DNA of 64,000 nucleotides from IMG/VR virus record IMGVR_UViG_3300047272_000250, positions 1-64,000 of that record. One strand, written 5' to 3'. The DNA comes from a virus (Duplodnaviria > Caudoviricetes). How positions within the stretch are numbered: position 1 is the first letter of the stretch; every line of letters starts with the position of its first letter. Shown here in pieces: positions 35,216-45,826 of this stretch. The translations under genes and the position numbers were made by a program. The notes beneath the pieces were generated by a model that worked only from the letters and a program-made list of their open reading frames with translations, was not told the origin of the DNA and did no database searches.

Positions 35216-35670
35216 TAAACCTCCTCTAGCGTTATTTGAATATTCATCCTCATGTATGGCGTAGTCGCTGATGGATTACGCTTAACTATATCAAATGAGC
35301 ATGATGAAAAATTAACTAAAAACTCCTGGTATGTGTTAGCGCCTGTGGTGCTAAATTTCTGCACAATCTTAATATAGAATGGCTGAGTATTATTCTTATA
35401 GAATTCGTATATCTGACTTGCAGCCCAGCCGCCATCGACTGTATATTGAGACATATTTGGAACATCTTTCCAAGACATATCAAATCTATGCTTCTGAGCT
35501 ATAACATTTTTTCTCATTGTTCCGTTAGCGGTTCTTTGGCTATTAGATATTTCTTCCATGTTTACGCCAAGCTCTGATCTGTTATGATCAGTTAGCTTTG
35601 TATACTCTGTAGCCCCCACCCCCTTAACATATATCAAGGAATCCTTTAAACCATTAACTAGCCATGTCAT
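35215..35670 (-). CDS. Distal tail (Dit-like) protein
   Basis: Follows tape measure; RTANGTMR...LEEV. Confidence 0.7.
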   Translation of the reverse strand: MTWLVNGLKDSLIYVKGVGATEYTKLTDHNRSELGVNMEEISNSQRTANGTMRKNVIAQKHRFDMSWKDVPNMSQYTVDGGWAASQIYEFYKNNTQPFYIKIVQKFSTTGANTYQEFLVNFSSCSFDIVKRNPSATTPYMRMNIQITLEEV

Positions 35671-38600
35671 ACGCTCATATACCTCATATCTGTAGTTCTC
35701 TTAACTGCCGCTCCAAGATCCTTCTTAATTTTAGCAATGATTTCATCCGAACTACATCCTGGCTCTGTAATATTAATGTTACCAATAGATACTGTTACTC
35801 CACCATTCTGTCTTGCTCCTGCATCCTGAACATTTTCAAATACTCTTGGGTCTACTTGTCTTCTATTAAGTCTTTCCATGTTAGCAACACCATAGTAGTT
35901 AACAGCTCTTGCATTATGCATGAATTCACCCTTAGAAGCTCTAATTAGATTAGAGTCTGAAACGGAAGTTCCAACACCTTCCATAAGTCCTCCCATATGG
36001 TATCCCTTAATTGATCCGCCCATCCACTTTCCTTCTGACTTCTGTCTAATAAGGTCATCTTTGGCTAGGTCGTATCTGTATACGTAGTCGCCGAACTCTA
36101 CATACTCGTCAGCCATAAGCGCAGCCCCTTTTCGGGTTGCGTTTGCAATAGCCTTATCCTTTTCCTCAGCAGTAAGTACTCCAGTAACCTTGCCAGAAAG
36201 TAATCCTGCACCAGATCTTGGATTTGCTCTAGTTCCAGTATCTCCGCTCATTCCAGATTCAGCTAGAGCTAAAAGACCCTTAAGTTTTTCAAACTCGCCC
36301 TTCATCTTTGCAACAGCATCTGCAAATGCGTCTGGGCTTAGCATTCCCTTAAACTTTGCTTCAAACTGCTTAAACTGTGGGCTATCATTAAAGTCTCCTA
36401 GAACAGCACCAACTTCTCCAGACTTAGAGAATCCGCTCTTAAGGCTTTCGATAAACTTAACAATATCCGCCTGCATCTTTTCAATCTTTGCCCCAGTGTT
36501 ATTAACTGCAGCTGGAGCATTGTCCAATGCCTTAATCTGATCCTGCAGAGCCTTCTTCTTGTTGTCTCTTGCAATTTCTTTTTCTGCCTGAGCTTTATCC
36601 TGAATATACTGCACTGACTGAGCTTGCATATCAATCTGTGCTCTAAGTGCTGCTTCAAGATCTCCTGAGCTAATAGCAGTTAGGTAGTCTACTGCTAGGC
36701 TTCTACGTTTTTCCTCATACTTAAGCTGAAGCTCCTTAAGTCTGTTAATATTCTTTTCTTTGCGCTCAATTTCTTCAAGTGCATCGATCTGTGCCTGTAG
36801 AGCTTTCTTCTTAGCATCATTATTAGGAGTAGAGCCCCCAGAGAACTGTGCTTGTAGTGCTGCTTTAAGATCAGCATCAGCCTTCTTAATAGCTTCATCT
36901 GCCATGTACATATCAAATGTTGCACGAATCTTCATACCATCAAAATCTTTTACGGCTTCAAGGCTAGGTATTACTCCTTCTATTCTCATCTTTAGGGCAA
37001 GCATTATGTCAGATGACTCTACGCCATTTCTTTGCAACCCGTCAAGAACAGTATTCTCTACTCTTGATAGACCCTTAATTGATTCTTGAACTCCATCTAA
37101 AGCATCTTTAGTAATAGTTCCAGACTTTCCAGCAGAAGCCATAGCATCAGAGAATGCTTTAAGGTCTTGATTTGCAAGAGCGTTGTTTAGGATATCAACC
37201 GCTTGCGCTGTCTGAACTGTTGTTCCATAAATTAAATTATTATCAGCAATCTCTTTTTGCTTTGTATCTAGAGACGCATAAGCAGTCTGCAACTCTCTGA
37301 CATATTTTATCTGCTCTTGTGTATACTTAAAGCTCTTTAACTGCTCATCGGTATATCCAGCCAAACCTCTAGCAAAGTTTTCAGTCATACCGAATCCTTC
37401 TGCTCTTGAGGCTACCTTGTCATACTGAGTTCCTGATAATGTTCCAGCAGAAGCTCTTCTCAAAGATGTCGCAGTTGCCTCTGATGCAGTCTGTGTCTTA
37501 TACTTATTAAGAGATAAGTTTAGATCAGGAGCAAATTCTTCTTTACCAGCAGCCTTAAGGATAGCAGCCATCATGACTCTAGCAGTTTCTTCTGGTACTC
37601 CCGCTGCAAGGTAAGATAAGTACTGGCTTTCAAATTCTTTTCTGATTACACTAAAGTTATCTGCGCCCTTTGTTTTCTCTCTTAGCTTTCCAGTAGTTGT
37701 ATTAGTAGAAGCTTCTAGAGCAGCTTTTGAAAGGATGTCTAGTGCGGAAGCTGCTTCTGCAGACTTGCCAGTAACTTGAGTTAACTGAATGTCTCCAATT
37801 GTTTTTATATTTACGCCTGCAGCTTTTGCATATTCTTTATCAATTTCATATTGCTTAGCAGTCAGCTCTGCAATATCTCTCAATCTATCAAATGCTTTCC
37901 ATAATGCAGTAGCAGCAGGAACAAGAGCTCCGAGTGCTGCACCAATTGCTGCTCCGCCTGGACCAAACATCATTCCCATTGAAGCGCCCATCATTGCACC
38001 ACCAGCAATATTTCCAGCAGTGTTAACTGCACCATTTCCGCCAGTAGGCATCATAGAAGCGCCTAGTCCTAATCCCATCATAGCCATGGATGATCCCATT
38101 CCTGGTTTCATTAATCCCTTAATACCTTGCTTAGAAAACATTCCCTTAACCCTAGAGAATCTACCACCAGCTGCAGCTTTAGCGCCGCCCGATGCTCCAT
38201 TGTCTGCACTCATAACTGCTGACGCATTGTGAGCTGCTGTATAAGCTTCTTGAATCTCTCTCTGAGTTTCAAGCTCTAGCTTCTCTTTAGCAATTTGAAG
38301 TTTTCCTATTGCTGCACGAACTTTTGGATTCTTAGCAGCATCATCTGCAGCTAACATATTTCCAGCAGCGTCAAAGACTTGAGCTATCCCATCAACAAAC
38401 TTAATTGTGACAACGCCAAGGCGCTTTGTTTTTGTATCTACAGTAGCAGAAAGTCCAGAGACCTGTGATTTAAAGTTTGCTTCTGCCTTTTGAATAGTGC
38501 TCTGTAGCTGTGTTAATGCAATTCCAGATAGATTGGCTAGGTTAAGAGCCATCTTGTTTACATTTCCGCTTTCTGTAAGAAGCCACTTAGACATTTCTGA

Positions 38601-41171
38601 ATCTGCTGTTATTAGTCCAACTTCAAGCTCTTCAAATTTTCCTAGCAAGGCCTTACTTCTAGACTGTAGATCGCTACCACTATTGTAGGCAGCTCTTCCG
38701 ATATCAGAATATGATTGAGCAACATCGTCAAATGAGATACCCTGAGCAGCAGCACTTCTCTTAATGGCTAGGACTGCCTCTTCTGCATTTCCAGAAGACA
38801 TTGCCTTTAATACTTCTTCTCTCAAAGCATTTGCTTTATCCTTGCTTAGCCCCTGGAAAGTTTTCCATGATGCTAGCTGCTGAGATTGAGTTTCTAGGTA
38901 TGTATCCAAGCTTGGCATCAATGCTTCTAATTCATTAGCGTTTAGCTGATTGAACTCAGGCATCTTTTTAGCTTTTTCTGCATAAGGTCTCATAGCAGCA
39001 GCTCTGTCTTCACCATTTACAATTAATCCTGGCATGTTTGTAGACATCTGCTCTTGGAAGGTTGCTCCTTGTGCATACTCTCTTGTTTGTGGCAGGTAAG
39101 CTCCTTGAGTCATAAGGAGGCTAGCTACTGATTTGCCGTACTTATCTCTTAATTCTTTTGACAACTGAAGGTGGCTAAAGTTAGCAGCTGTAGTAATATC
39201 ACCAGATCTTGTTGATCCTCGTGTATTAAAATTCATTCCAGATGAGCCCATTGCTGCACCTGTTGATGAAGTTTCTTGTACTGCCATCAGGTTTTGCATT
39301 GAGGCAATAAGCTTATCAATTTCCATTCTTGCAACTTCTGTTGCTTTGGCTTGATCATAGAAGCTATTAGACATTTGGTCTGTAGATAGCTTGTTAGCCA
39401 TGATTCTTTCGTTTAGTAGTTCAAAGCCCTTTGTTCCTGTGAATAGTCTTCCCATAAAGCCAGCAGCCTTTGTAAGGTAACCAAAGAAGTTGAGGAATAC
39501 ACCAGATAACATGATAAGTGGACCTGCAAGTCCTACTACTACTCCAAGGATAGTCATAATGTTCTTTACGCCATCTGGAAGTTTATTAAATCCATCAAGA
39601 AGCTTGTTAAGTACTCCTAATACTCCAGAGAAGATTCCTAGGAAGCCTTCTCCAACTCCTGCCATGTTTGCCTTAAATGATTCTAGTTGTCTTTGGAACT
39701 TACCAGAAGCAGACTCTGTGAGTGTTGCTAATTCTCGATTAGCTACATTTGCAAGCTCTACTGTTGAGGCTTTCATGAGATCCATAACCTGAAGAGTCTG
39801 GCTACCGCTTGCTCCAAGGTTATCGAATAGTGCTGACATACGAGCAAACTGGAACTTACCGAATAGCTGCTCAATTGCCTTAGACTTTGAAAGTGGGTCT
39901 AGCTTTGATAAAGCAACCTGCAATGCCTGTACTGTTCCAACAAGGTCTCCAGCATTTGAGTTAACAATGCTTTGAATATTAATTCCAAATCCATTAAGAA
40001 CTTCGGTTGTTTGCTTTGTAGGATTAATAATAGATGCCAGACCTGACTTGAGTGCGTTAGCACCTTCTGAAGCATTAATTCCACCTTCCTTCATTGCTGT
40101 AAGGAATAGTGCAAGATCTTTTACATCTCCGCCCAAAGACTTTACAACTGGACCAGCTTTTGGAATTGCTGTAACCAAATCGTCCAAGCTTGTTGATGTT
40201 TGGTTTTCAACTGCGTTAAGGAAGTTAATTGATTCGCCAAGTTCTTGCGTAGAAAGATTAAATGCATTCTGCAATGATAGTGTTGCTGACATAGCGTCTT
40301 GTCTATCTACTTCACCAAGAATAGCAAGTCTCGTAGTTTCTGCAACCGACTTCAGTAAGTCGTCTCCCATTTTTCCAGTTGCGGCAATGTCTGCAGCTAA
40401 ACCAATTGTGTCTTGGATTGGCGCACCAAGATCTGCAGCTAGGCTCTTTGCTAAAGCAGTTGTCTGTGTTCTAATTGCAGCAATCTCACCAGTGGTTGCT
40501 CCACCGACATCTCCATAAACCTTTGCAAGTCTTGTGAGTTGCTTATCTACTTCTTTAAATGCTGTTGCAGCTGAAGCCGCAAACATTGTCAGTGGTACTG
40601 TCAGACCAACTGTAAGCTGACGACCAGCCCACTGGGTATTCTTACCAAGATTAATAAGCTCAGTAGATACTCCCTGAATAGACTTTCCAATAATTTTAAA
40701 TGTTTCGGCTTTAAGAGCCTTCATTGTTGCAGGGTCTAATCCGTCTAGTCCTGTGGGAGTAGATATAACATTTCTTGCTTGACCCTGTGGGCCTACTGTT
40801 GTTGTGAGAACTGATCTCTGTAATCTAACCTGCTCTTCAGCAAGCTTTCTGATCATGCCTCTCTGGCCTTTAACCTGAGTATTAAATTCTCTAAAGTAAT
40901 CCTTTAGCTTTAATCTACCTTGGTCTAGGTGCTTTCCAAATTCTCTTGTCTCGTTTGTTACGTCTACAAAAGTAGAAGACCACATGCGGCTATTCTTCAT
41001 ACCCTCAATAAATTGTTTATTGAGTAAGTCTAATGAACCAAATGATGAGGATCCAAGTCCTTGCAACTGATTTTGTAGTACGCCAATTTCTGCATTAGCC
41101 CTTTTAATTTCACCGATTAGATCGGAGAAATTGGCATTAGCATTGAAACTAATTACTACTTGTTGCGCCAT
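35667..41171 (-). CDS. Tail tape measure protein
   Basis: 1834 aa, Ala/Gly-rich helical; TP901-type core; C-terminal GG...G...SDS...SKGEF. Confidence 0.95.
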   Translation of the reverse strand: MAQQVVISFNANANFSDLIGEIKRANAEIGVLQNQLQGLGSSSFGSLDLLNKQFIEGMKNSRMWSSTFVDVTNETREFGKHLDQGRLKLKDYFREFNTQVKGQRGMIRKLAEEQVRLQRSVLTTTVGPQGQARNVISTPTGLDGLDPATMKALKAETFKIIGKSIQGVSTELINLGKNTQWAGRQLTVGLTVPLTMFAASAATAFKEVDKQLTRLAKVYGDVGGATTGEIAAIRTQTTALAKSLAADLGAPIQDTIGLAADIAATGKMGDDLLKSVAETTRLAILGEVDRQDAMSATLSLQNAFNLSTQELGESINFLNAVENQTSTSLDDLVTAIPKAGPVVKSLGGDVKDLALFLTAMKEGGINASEGANALKSGLASIINPTKQTTEVLNGFGINIQSIVNSNAGDLVGTVQALQVALSKLDPLSKSKAIEQLFGKFQFARMSALFDNLGASGSQTLQVMDLMKASTVELANVANRELATLTESASGKFQRQLESFKANMAGVGEGFLGIFSGVLGVLNKLLDGFNKLPDGVKNIMTILGVVVGLAGPLIMLSGVFLNFFGYLTKAAGFMGRLFTGTKGFELLNERIMANKLSTDQMSNSFYDQAKATEVARMEIDKLIASMQNLMAVQETSSTGAAMGSSGMNFNTRGSTRSGDITTAANFSHLQLSKELRDKYGKSVASLLMTQGAYLPQTREYAQGATFQEQMSTNMPGLIVNGEDRAAAMRPYAEKAKKMPEFNQLNANELEALMPSLDTYLETQSQQLASWKTFQGLSKDKANALREEVLKAMSSGNAEEAVLAIKRSAAAQGISFDDVAQSYSDIGRAAYNSGSDLQSRSKALLGKFEELEVGLITADSEMSKWLLTESGNVNKMALNLANLSGIALTQLQSTIQKAEANFKSQVSGLSATVDTKTKRLGVVTIKFVDGIAQVFDAAGNMLAADDAAKNPKVRAAIGKLQIAKEKLELETQREIQEAYTAAHNASAVMSADNGASGGAKAAAGGRFSRVKGMFSKQGIKGLMKPGMGSSMAMMGLGLGASMMPTGGNGAVNTAGNIAGGAMMGASMGMMFGPGGAAIGAALGALVPAATALWKAFDRLRDIAELTAKQYEIDKEYAKAAGVNIKTIGDIQLTQVTGKSAEAASALDILSKAALEASTNTTTGKLREKTKGADNFSVIRKEFESQYLSYLAAGVPEETARVMMAAILKAAGKEEFAPDLNLSLNKYKTQTASEATATSLRRASAGTLSGTQYDKVASRAEGFGMTENFARGLAGYTDEQLKSFKYTQEQIKYVRELQTAYASLDTKQKEIADNNLIYGTTVQTAQAVDILNNALANQDLKAFSDAMASAGKSGTITKDALDGVQESIKGLSRVENTVLDGLQRNGVESSDIMLALKMRIEGVIPSLEAVKDFDGMKIRATFDMYMADEAIKKADADLKAALQAQFSGGSTPNNDAKKKALQAQIDALEEIERKEKNINRLKELQLKYEEKRRSLAVDYLTAISSGDLEAALRAQIDMQAQSVQYIQDKAQAEKEIARDNKKKALQDQIKALDNAPAAVNNTGAKIEKMQADIVKFIESLKSGFSKSGEVGAVLGDFNDSPQFKQFEAKFKGMLSPDAFADAVAKMKGEFEKLKGLLALAESGMSGDTGTRANPRSGAGLLSGKVTGVLTAEEKDKAIANATRKGAALMADEYVEFGDYVYRYDLAKDDLIRQKSEGKWMGGSIKGYHMGGLMEGVGTSVSDSNLIRASKGEFMHNARAVNYYGVANMERLNRRQVDPRVFENVQDAGARQNGGVTVSIGNINITEPGCSSDEIIAKIKKDLGAAVKRTTDMRYMSV

Positions 41172-41174
41172 GTG

Positions 41175-41591
41175 TTAATTATCCCAGATTTCGTATCCCA
41201 GACCCATTCCAATTCCAAATCCTTCTTCTCTCGCTAGAGAGCCTGAAAGGCTTGCTATGTCATTTGTCTCTGGATCGTCTCCTAGGGCTTCCCTTCTTAC
41301 ATCGTCAAACGATTTGGTTTCCCCACCGCTTTCGCCGTCAAGATCAACACCCTGCATAGCTGCGAGGAACTTCTTATCCTCGTAGTCACGCCTGTTCATC
41401 TCTTCAACAGTAGCAATGAGCTCCGTTAACGATATACTTTCTTCTAGCTCTTGGTAATTTTTCCAAATACCTAAAAGAAAAACTTTTGCTTCTAAGGCAG
41501 CAAGATCAAGATCTTCCCAAGTCTGTGAGGACTTAGTTTTATTGGCTAGTTCTCCCCAACCATCTTGCTCGCTGCCGCTATCAAATTTGGG
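41175..41591 (-). CDS. Tail assembly chaperone GT extension (-1 frame)
   Basis: The -1 frame is open from the CCCAAAT slippery site through ORF 41175..41399. Confidence 0.8.
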   Translation of the reverse strand, partial: PKFDSGSEQDGWGELANKTKSSQTWEDLDLAALEAKVFLLGIWKNYQELEESISLTELIATVEEMNRRDYEDKKFLAAMQGVDLDGESGGETKSFDDVRREALGDDPETNDIASLSGSLAREEGFGIGMGLGYEIWDN

Positions 41592-41881
41592 TCACCAAGT
41601 TTGATTCCGCCGCAAACTTCCATAATTTTCCAAATTGTTGGAACATCAAGAGCACCTTCAAGTGCGTCTGGGTCTGAAGCTAAGTCTGGCAAAGTCCCTC
41701 TCAGGGCAATAGCGCTTGCTTTTAAAAATATATTAATTGCTTCGTCTTCGGTCTTAACGCTGTCTAGTCCTGCGACAACTTCCATAAATTCACGAAGTGC
41801 TTTAATTGGGAGCGGCTTTAAAACAGCCTTATTCCCGTTTTGTAGTTCAATTTCTACGATATCGTATAGCTTGGTAGCCAA
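41546..41881 (-). CDS. Tail assembly chaperone (gpG-like)
   Basis: Between tail tube and tape measure; TTG start after AGGAGG. Confidence 0.85.
   Translation of the reverse strand: MATKLYDIVEIELQNGNKAVLKPLPIKALREFMEVVAGLDSVKTEDEAINIFLKASAIALRGTLPDLASDPDALEGALDVPTIWKIMEVCGGIKLGDPNLIAAASKMVGEN
41582..41591 (-). promoter_or_regulatory. Programmed -1 ribosomal frameshift site
   Basis: C CCA AAT and A AAT TTG heptamers in the correct phase. Confidence 0.8.
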
Positions 41882-41928
41882 TAGATGACCTCCTAAATAG
41901 TCCCTATTATTATACCAATAAACAGGTT

Positions 41929-41958
41929 AAAAAGACAAGGCCCCAGTTTCCTGGGGCC
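41929..41958 (-). terminator. Intrinsic terminator after the tail tube gene
   Basis: GGCCCCAG-GAAA-CTGGGGCC-TTGTCTTTTT. Confidence 0.85.
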
Positions 41959-41984
41959 AAGGCTTTAATTAATATAAAATTAAT

Positions 41985-42629
41985 TTAGTTCAGACGATCT
42001 ACGATCTTGCCGTATGCATCTGAGTATGATGGATCTCCCAAGAGACGGAATGTCACTGGGAAAAGTGTTGCTTCATTACGCTTCAATGAGTGTGATGATG
42101 ATTCTACTGAAAGCACACGACGTGCATAGTAGATACGCTCACGGTCATTGTTATTTGTTGAAGTTCTAGGAGCGTTACCGACTGCTACGAGAGCACGTTC
42201 AGTAGGCTCTTCGTTCAAAGCACCGATACCAAGAAGAATTGATTCCTCTGCTGTATCTGCGCCTGAATATTGAGACTCCTTAAGACCGAACACGATAAGA
42301 AGATTCTTAAGTGTTGCTTCGGTAAATGTTGTCTTGAGCATAACTCTCTGTGAAGACTTGAAGAGCTTTGCAACGTCGAGTTGCTGATCTACTTCTACCT
42401 CACCATAGGTTGGCTCATATGTAACTTCTAGACCATCAGATGTAAATCCTACGTTGTTCCACTTTGCGCTGTCAAGAGCCTTACCAGTTCCCTGGTTTAC
42501 TGCATCGTTAAAAGAACCTGTTGTTGTTACTGCGAATGGATCTGGAATTGTATAGCCAGCTACAGTAGAATCTGACTTTGTAAGAAAGATATTTGCTGCG
42601 CCAATAATAATATTACGGGTTGTTGCCAT
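41985..42629 (-). CDS. Major tail tube protein
   Basis: VGFTSDGLEVTYEP...EATLKNL; strong RBS; position in the operon. Confidence 0.88.
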   Translation of the reverse strand: MATTRNIIIGAANIFLTKSDSTVAGYTIPDPFAVTTTGSFNDAVNQGTGKALDSAKWNNVGFTSDGLEVTYEPTYGEVEVDQQLDVAKLFKSSQRVMLKTTFTEATLKNLLIVFGLKESQYSGADTAEESILLGIGALNEEPTERALVAVGNAPRTSTNNNDRERIYYARRVLSVESSSHSLKRNEATLFPVTFRLLGDPSYSDAYGKIVDRLN

Positions 42630-42709
42630 TTTTTATTTTTCACCTCCTCCTTTCGGATACTAGGGTTTGCGACATTTCCTCAAGACCAATAATACTTGAT
42701 TCCTGGTTA

Positions 42710-43237
42710 TTACGCAAATCTCCCCTCCGTATTTAAATCTCTAGAATAGGAATACATAATTGCTATGTCTGCCTCTAGTCTCCCGTCCAGCTCCTCGGCT
42801 GGATTTGGGGAATTTGCCTCTGTTAGGGCAAAATAATGATACCTAAATGGACTATTGGTATTTAGGGTTTTAACGTACTTATTTAAGTCCTTAGCGCTTG
42901 CATCAAATCTTCTAAATAGGTCAACCATCAAATTAGTGATAGTCAAAACCTTTGAGAAGGAGTTTGAGTAAATTTTAAATGTTAATCTTTCTTCGCAGAT
43001 CATCCAGTCTGTTCCATATCCAACAGTATCTAGGTCATAGACAATATATGGAAGTGGGTTTTCTCTATTTAGAACAAACTTGGTCTTGAAGATATCCTGC
43101 TCTTGAGTAGGCATAATTGGGACATATTGGACATTTCCATCTCTATAATCAGAAGCAAGCATAATGCCTTTATCCTGTAATTCCTGCCAAAGCATCTTTC
43201 TAATTTCGTATACTGCACCTAATGCGTAATCAGCCAT
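42710..43237 (-). CDS. Tail terminator-like protein
   Basis: LPYIVY motif; directly upstream of tail tube. Confidence 0.7.
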   Translation of the reverse strand: MADYALGAVYEIRKMLWQELQDKGIMLASDYRDGNVQYVPIMPTQEQDIFKTKFVLNRENPLPYIVYDLDTVGYGTDWMICEERLTFKIYSNSFSKVLTITNLMVDLFRRFDASAKDLNKYVKTLNTNSPFRYHYFALTEANSPNPAEELDGRLEADIAIMYSYSRDLNTEGRFA

Positions 43238-43979
43238 TTATTTCTCCGTCCGCTTTGTACATTCTTGTGACTTGGTTAATATGTCTAGCAGAATTCCCCT
43301 TTGCCATCTTAATAAATGTTGATGGCGTAGATCCTGTTGCTACAGACGACGGCATGTCCATCCCTGAAGCCTTCTGTGCCAGCTCTAAGCGCTTTAGAAT
43401 GCCAGACTGTTCAATATCAGCAAGGAACCTTGCAGAGCTCTGAAACCTGCGTAGAGTCTTTGCGTAGGCACCCTTAACAAACTTTCCACCTGGGGATTTA
43501 ATAACTACACTTCTAGACTTAGGGATAAATACTGGGTCGCCACTCTTTGAGTAAAAGAATAAGGCGTTTGCATTCTTTGCCTTAATTGTTACTGGCTTAC
43601 CCTTTTCCATAATATCTGCCTTGAAGGTAAACTTATGTCGTCTCTTTGTTCCTGGAGTTAGAGGAACGAAAGTTCTTGATTGTCTAAAGTCTGAGCTAAT
43701 TGCAATGACTCCTGGTTTATATGTAGATTCTATCTTCCATAGTCTTCCAGTTGGCTTACCTATCTGATTCCACTCATAAACATGGTGCATTGATGCTGGG
43801 CTAAGTCTAGCCTCTTGGTCTATAAAAGAAGATAAGGATCTCTTGGCAATGCTAGCAAAAGCCTTGCCTATTTCAGTATTTACCATTGCATCTTTGGGTG
43901 CTTCTGCTACACCCTGCATATATGCCATAGAGTTATTGATTGCCTGTATTGCATTAGTCTTAATCTTAATTGAGGGCAT
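43230..43979 (-). CDS. Neck/tail completion protein
   Basis: Synteny; start re-called at MPSIKIK after GGAG. Confidence 0.65.
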   Translation of the reverse strand: MPSIKIKTNAIQAINNSMAYMQGVAEAPKDAMVNTEIGKAFASIAKRSLSSFIDQEARLSPASMHHVYEWNQIGKPTGRLWKIESTYKPGVIAISSDFRQSRTFVPLTPGTKRRHKFTFKADIMEKGKPVTIKAKNANALFFYSKSGDPVFIPKSRSVVIKSPGGKFVKGAYAKTLRRFQSSARFLADIEQSGILKRLELAQKASGMDMPSSVATGSTPSTFIKMAKGNSARHINQVTRMYKADGEING

Positions 43980-44397
43980 TTTGTATATCGCTCCTCTGAA
44001 TTGTTGTCTCATATTCAAGGATCTGACCAAACCCGTCGATGATTGGGGTTGATCCAACGATATCAAATATAGTTGCGGGATTGCCAGATATTTCTGCCTC
44101 TTCCCATAGAACAAGTCCGTTTAGATCACGGATATTGCTAATCTTAGAATTGCGTGGGAGCTTGACCAAAGTCATGACCTTTAGAATTTCTTCTACCATG
44201 TATCTTGAATCTACAGTCTTGTCATTAGACGGACTTCTAACTCCAGATGAAATAATTGATTTAGCTAAGCATGGAAGAGTTTCAGTGTATATCCACTTTC
44301 TCTTTATCTCTCCGCTATTAGGGTCTTGATCTATTTGAACTCTATACAAATCTAATTGCATAGCGTACTTGGCTTCAACTACATATGAGCCTATCAT
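43966..44397 (-). CDS. Head closure (stopper)-like protein
   Basis: Synteny and size. Confidence 0.65.
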   Translation of the reverse strand: MIGSYVVEAKYAMQLDLYRVQIDQDPNSGEIKRKWIYTETLPCLAKSIISSGVRSPSNDKTVDSRYMVEEILKVMTLVKLPRNSKISNIRDLNGLVLWEEAEISGNPATIFDIVGSTPIIDGFGQILEYETTIQRSDIQNALN

Positions 44398-45326
44398 TAG
44401 ATTACCGCCATATTAGTAGACTTATACTCATCAAGGAGCTTATCTACGTAGAAATTACCTGTCCCTCTGAAAGCTAGCTTTGAGAATTGCATATCGGTAT
44501 CTCCAAATGAAACGCTGTTGACGTATCTGGCTCTCCAAATATTGTCCTTACCAAAATAATCTCTCATCAGCATAACTACAGCTGCCTGTACTTTTTCTGG
44601 TACGCTCTTGTATCCAAATACGCCTGTGACGTCATATCTATAGCCGCCATAGAAACTTCCAGTAGAAGGATATACGATATCTTTCTTTCCGCCCTCATTG
44701 ATGTCGTCATCAGAGATGATTCTAAGAGAATGGTTTGTATCTGTAATTTCTACAGCATGACTAAATAGATTAATATTGTTTGTCTTATCAATAACTACTT
44801 TATTGTTTTCCTTGATTACTGTGTAGGAGATTATTCTTTCTCCTAAGAAAAGAACATCTGCATCCTGCCCATAAGCTGATACAACTCTTTCCTTCTTACC
44901 AAAGTCTACGCCTGTGTAGTTCTGAACCATAAATCTAGCAAACTTTTCAGCATCTGCCACTTCATGGAACTTCATGTAGTTGGCTTCGCCTTCATTACGA
45001 CCTATGTGAAGCTTGGTGTAAACTTCAGCCAGGGATATATACGGAGTCACAACATTGTAGTAGTTAATGCTGCTCATAGCATTTCCGTCTACAGCATATG
45101 TCCATACAGCCTTAATCAACTTATCTGTCAATAGGTGATTATCTATAATACGGAATGCGTACTTTCCTTCATCGTTATCCTCTGGAAGAGCATAACCACT
45201 TGTTAGTAGAACGTCTGTATCGCCATCGTAAATAGTAACTGTAGGATTTACGTCTGCCTCTCTGATCTCATCTTCAACGTATATGTCTAGATAGATATCT
45301 TGAGTCTGGCCTGTGTATAACTCCAT
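44397..45326 (-). CDS. Head-tail adaptor protein
   Basis: FGYKSVPEKVQAA...GTGN..VD.LL..Y. Confidence 0.8.
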   Translation of the reverse strand: MELYTGQTQDIYLDIYVEDEIREADVNPTVTIYDGDTDVLLTSGYALPEDNDEGKYAFRIIDNHLLTDKLIKAVWTYAVDGNAMSSINYYNVVTPYISLAEVYTKLHIGRNEGEANYMKFHEVADAEKFARFMVQNYTGVDFGKKERVVSAYGQDADVLFLGERIISYTVIKENNKVVIDKTNNINLFSHAVEITDTNHSLRIISDDDINEGGKKDIVYPSTGSFYGGYRYDVTGVFGYKSVPEKVQAAVVMLMRDYFGKDNIWRARYVNSVSFGDTDMQFSKLAFRGTGNFYVDKLLDEYKSTNMAVI

Positions 45327-45334
45327 TTATGCTC

Positions 45335-45727
45335 TTAGGAGTAGAACTCCTGAGCCTCCTTCGGCGTAGCAAGGCGGAAGCCCTGTTGAGTATCAAAAAT
45401 CTCTTGTGCCTTCTTCTCGGTCATCACAATAAATGGATTATCCTGAGTAAAAGTAAATTCATTAACATCGTATCTAGGGTTCATTCTTTCCATCTTTACG
45501 AGGACCTGGCCCACCCCTGGAGTCTCTGGAGCTGACTTTGTAACACGCTCATCGACTTCTACTTCAGCCTTATCAGCCTCTGTAAACTTAGCATACATAT
45601 CGTAGCTAACGCCCTCTTCGGCTAGAAGGGCGATTAAATCTGCTTTATTCTTCGCTGTTTCGTGCTCTACGGCAAAGGTTTCAGCTACCTTACGAAGCTC
45701 GTCGAGCTTCAAATTACTAAAAGACAT
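45335..45727 (-). CDS. Rho-N/HeH-like domain head-associated protein
   Basis: LKLDELRKVA...KADLIALL. Confidence 0.65.
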   Translation of the reverse strand: MSFSNLKLDELRKVAETFAVEHETAKNKADLIALLAEEGVSYDMYAKFTEADKAEVEVDERVTKSAPETPGVGQVLVKMERMNPRYDVNEFTFTQDNPFIVMTEKKAQEIFDTQQGFRLATPKEAQEFYS

Positions 45728-45775
45728 TATTTCTCCTCTCGTCTTTTCCTTCTAATTATAGCACCAATAATGACT

Positions 45776-45802
45776 AAAGGGGAGCCCTTTCGGACCCCCC
45801 TA
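45776..45802 (-). terminator. Terminator after the capsid gene
   Basis: GGGGGGTCC-GAAA-GGGCTCCCC-TTT. Confidence 0.7.
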
Positions 45803-45826
45803 TAGACTATTTAGTTGTGTTTGCTG

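Noticed and set aside
42640-42680. c-di-GMP-I-like GCAAACC...GAAA in the tail tube leader; TATCCGAAAGG also occurs near 1670
   Set aside because: The second aptamer stem is absent; most simply GNRA hairpins
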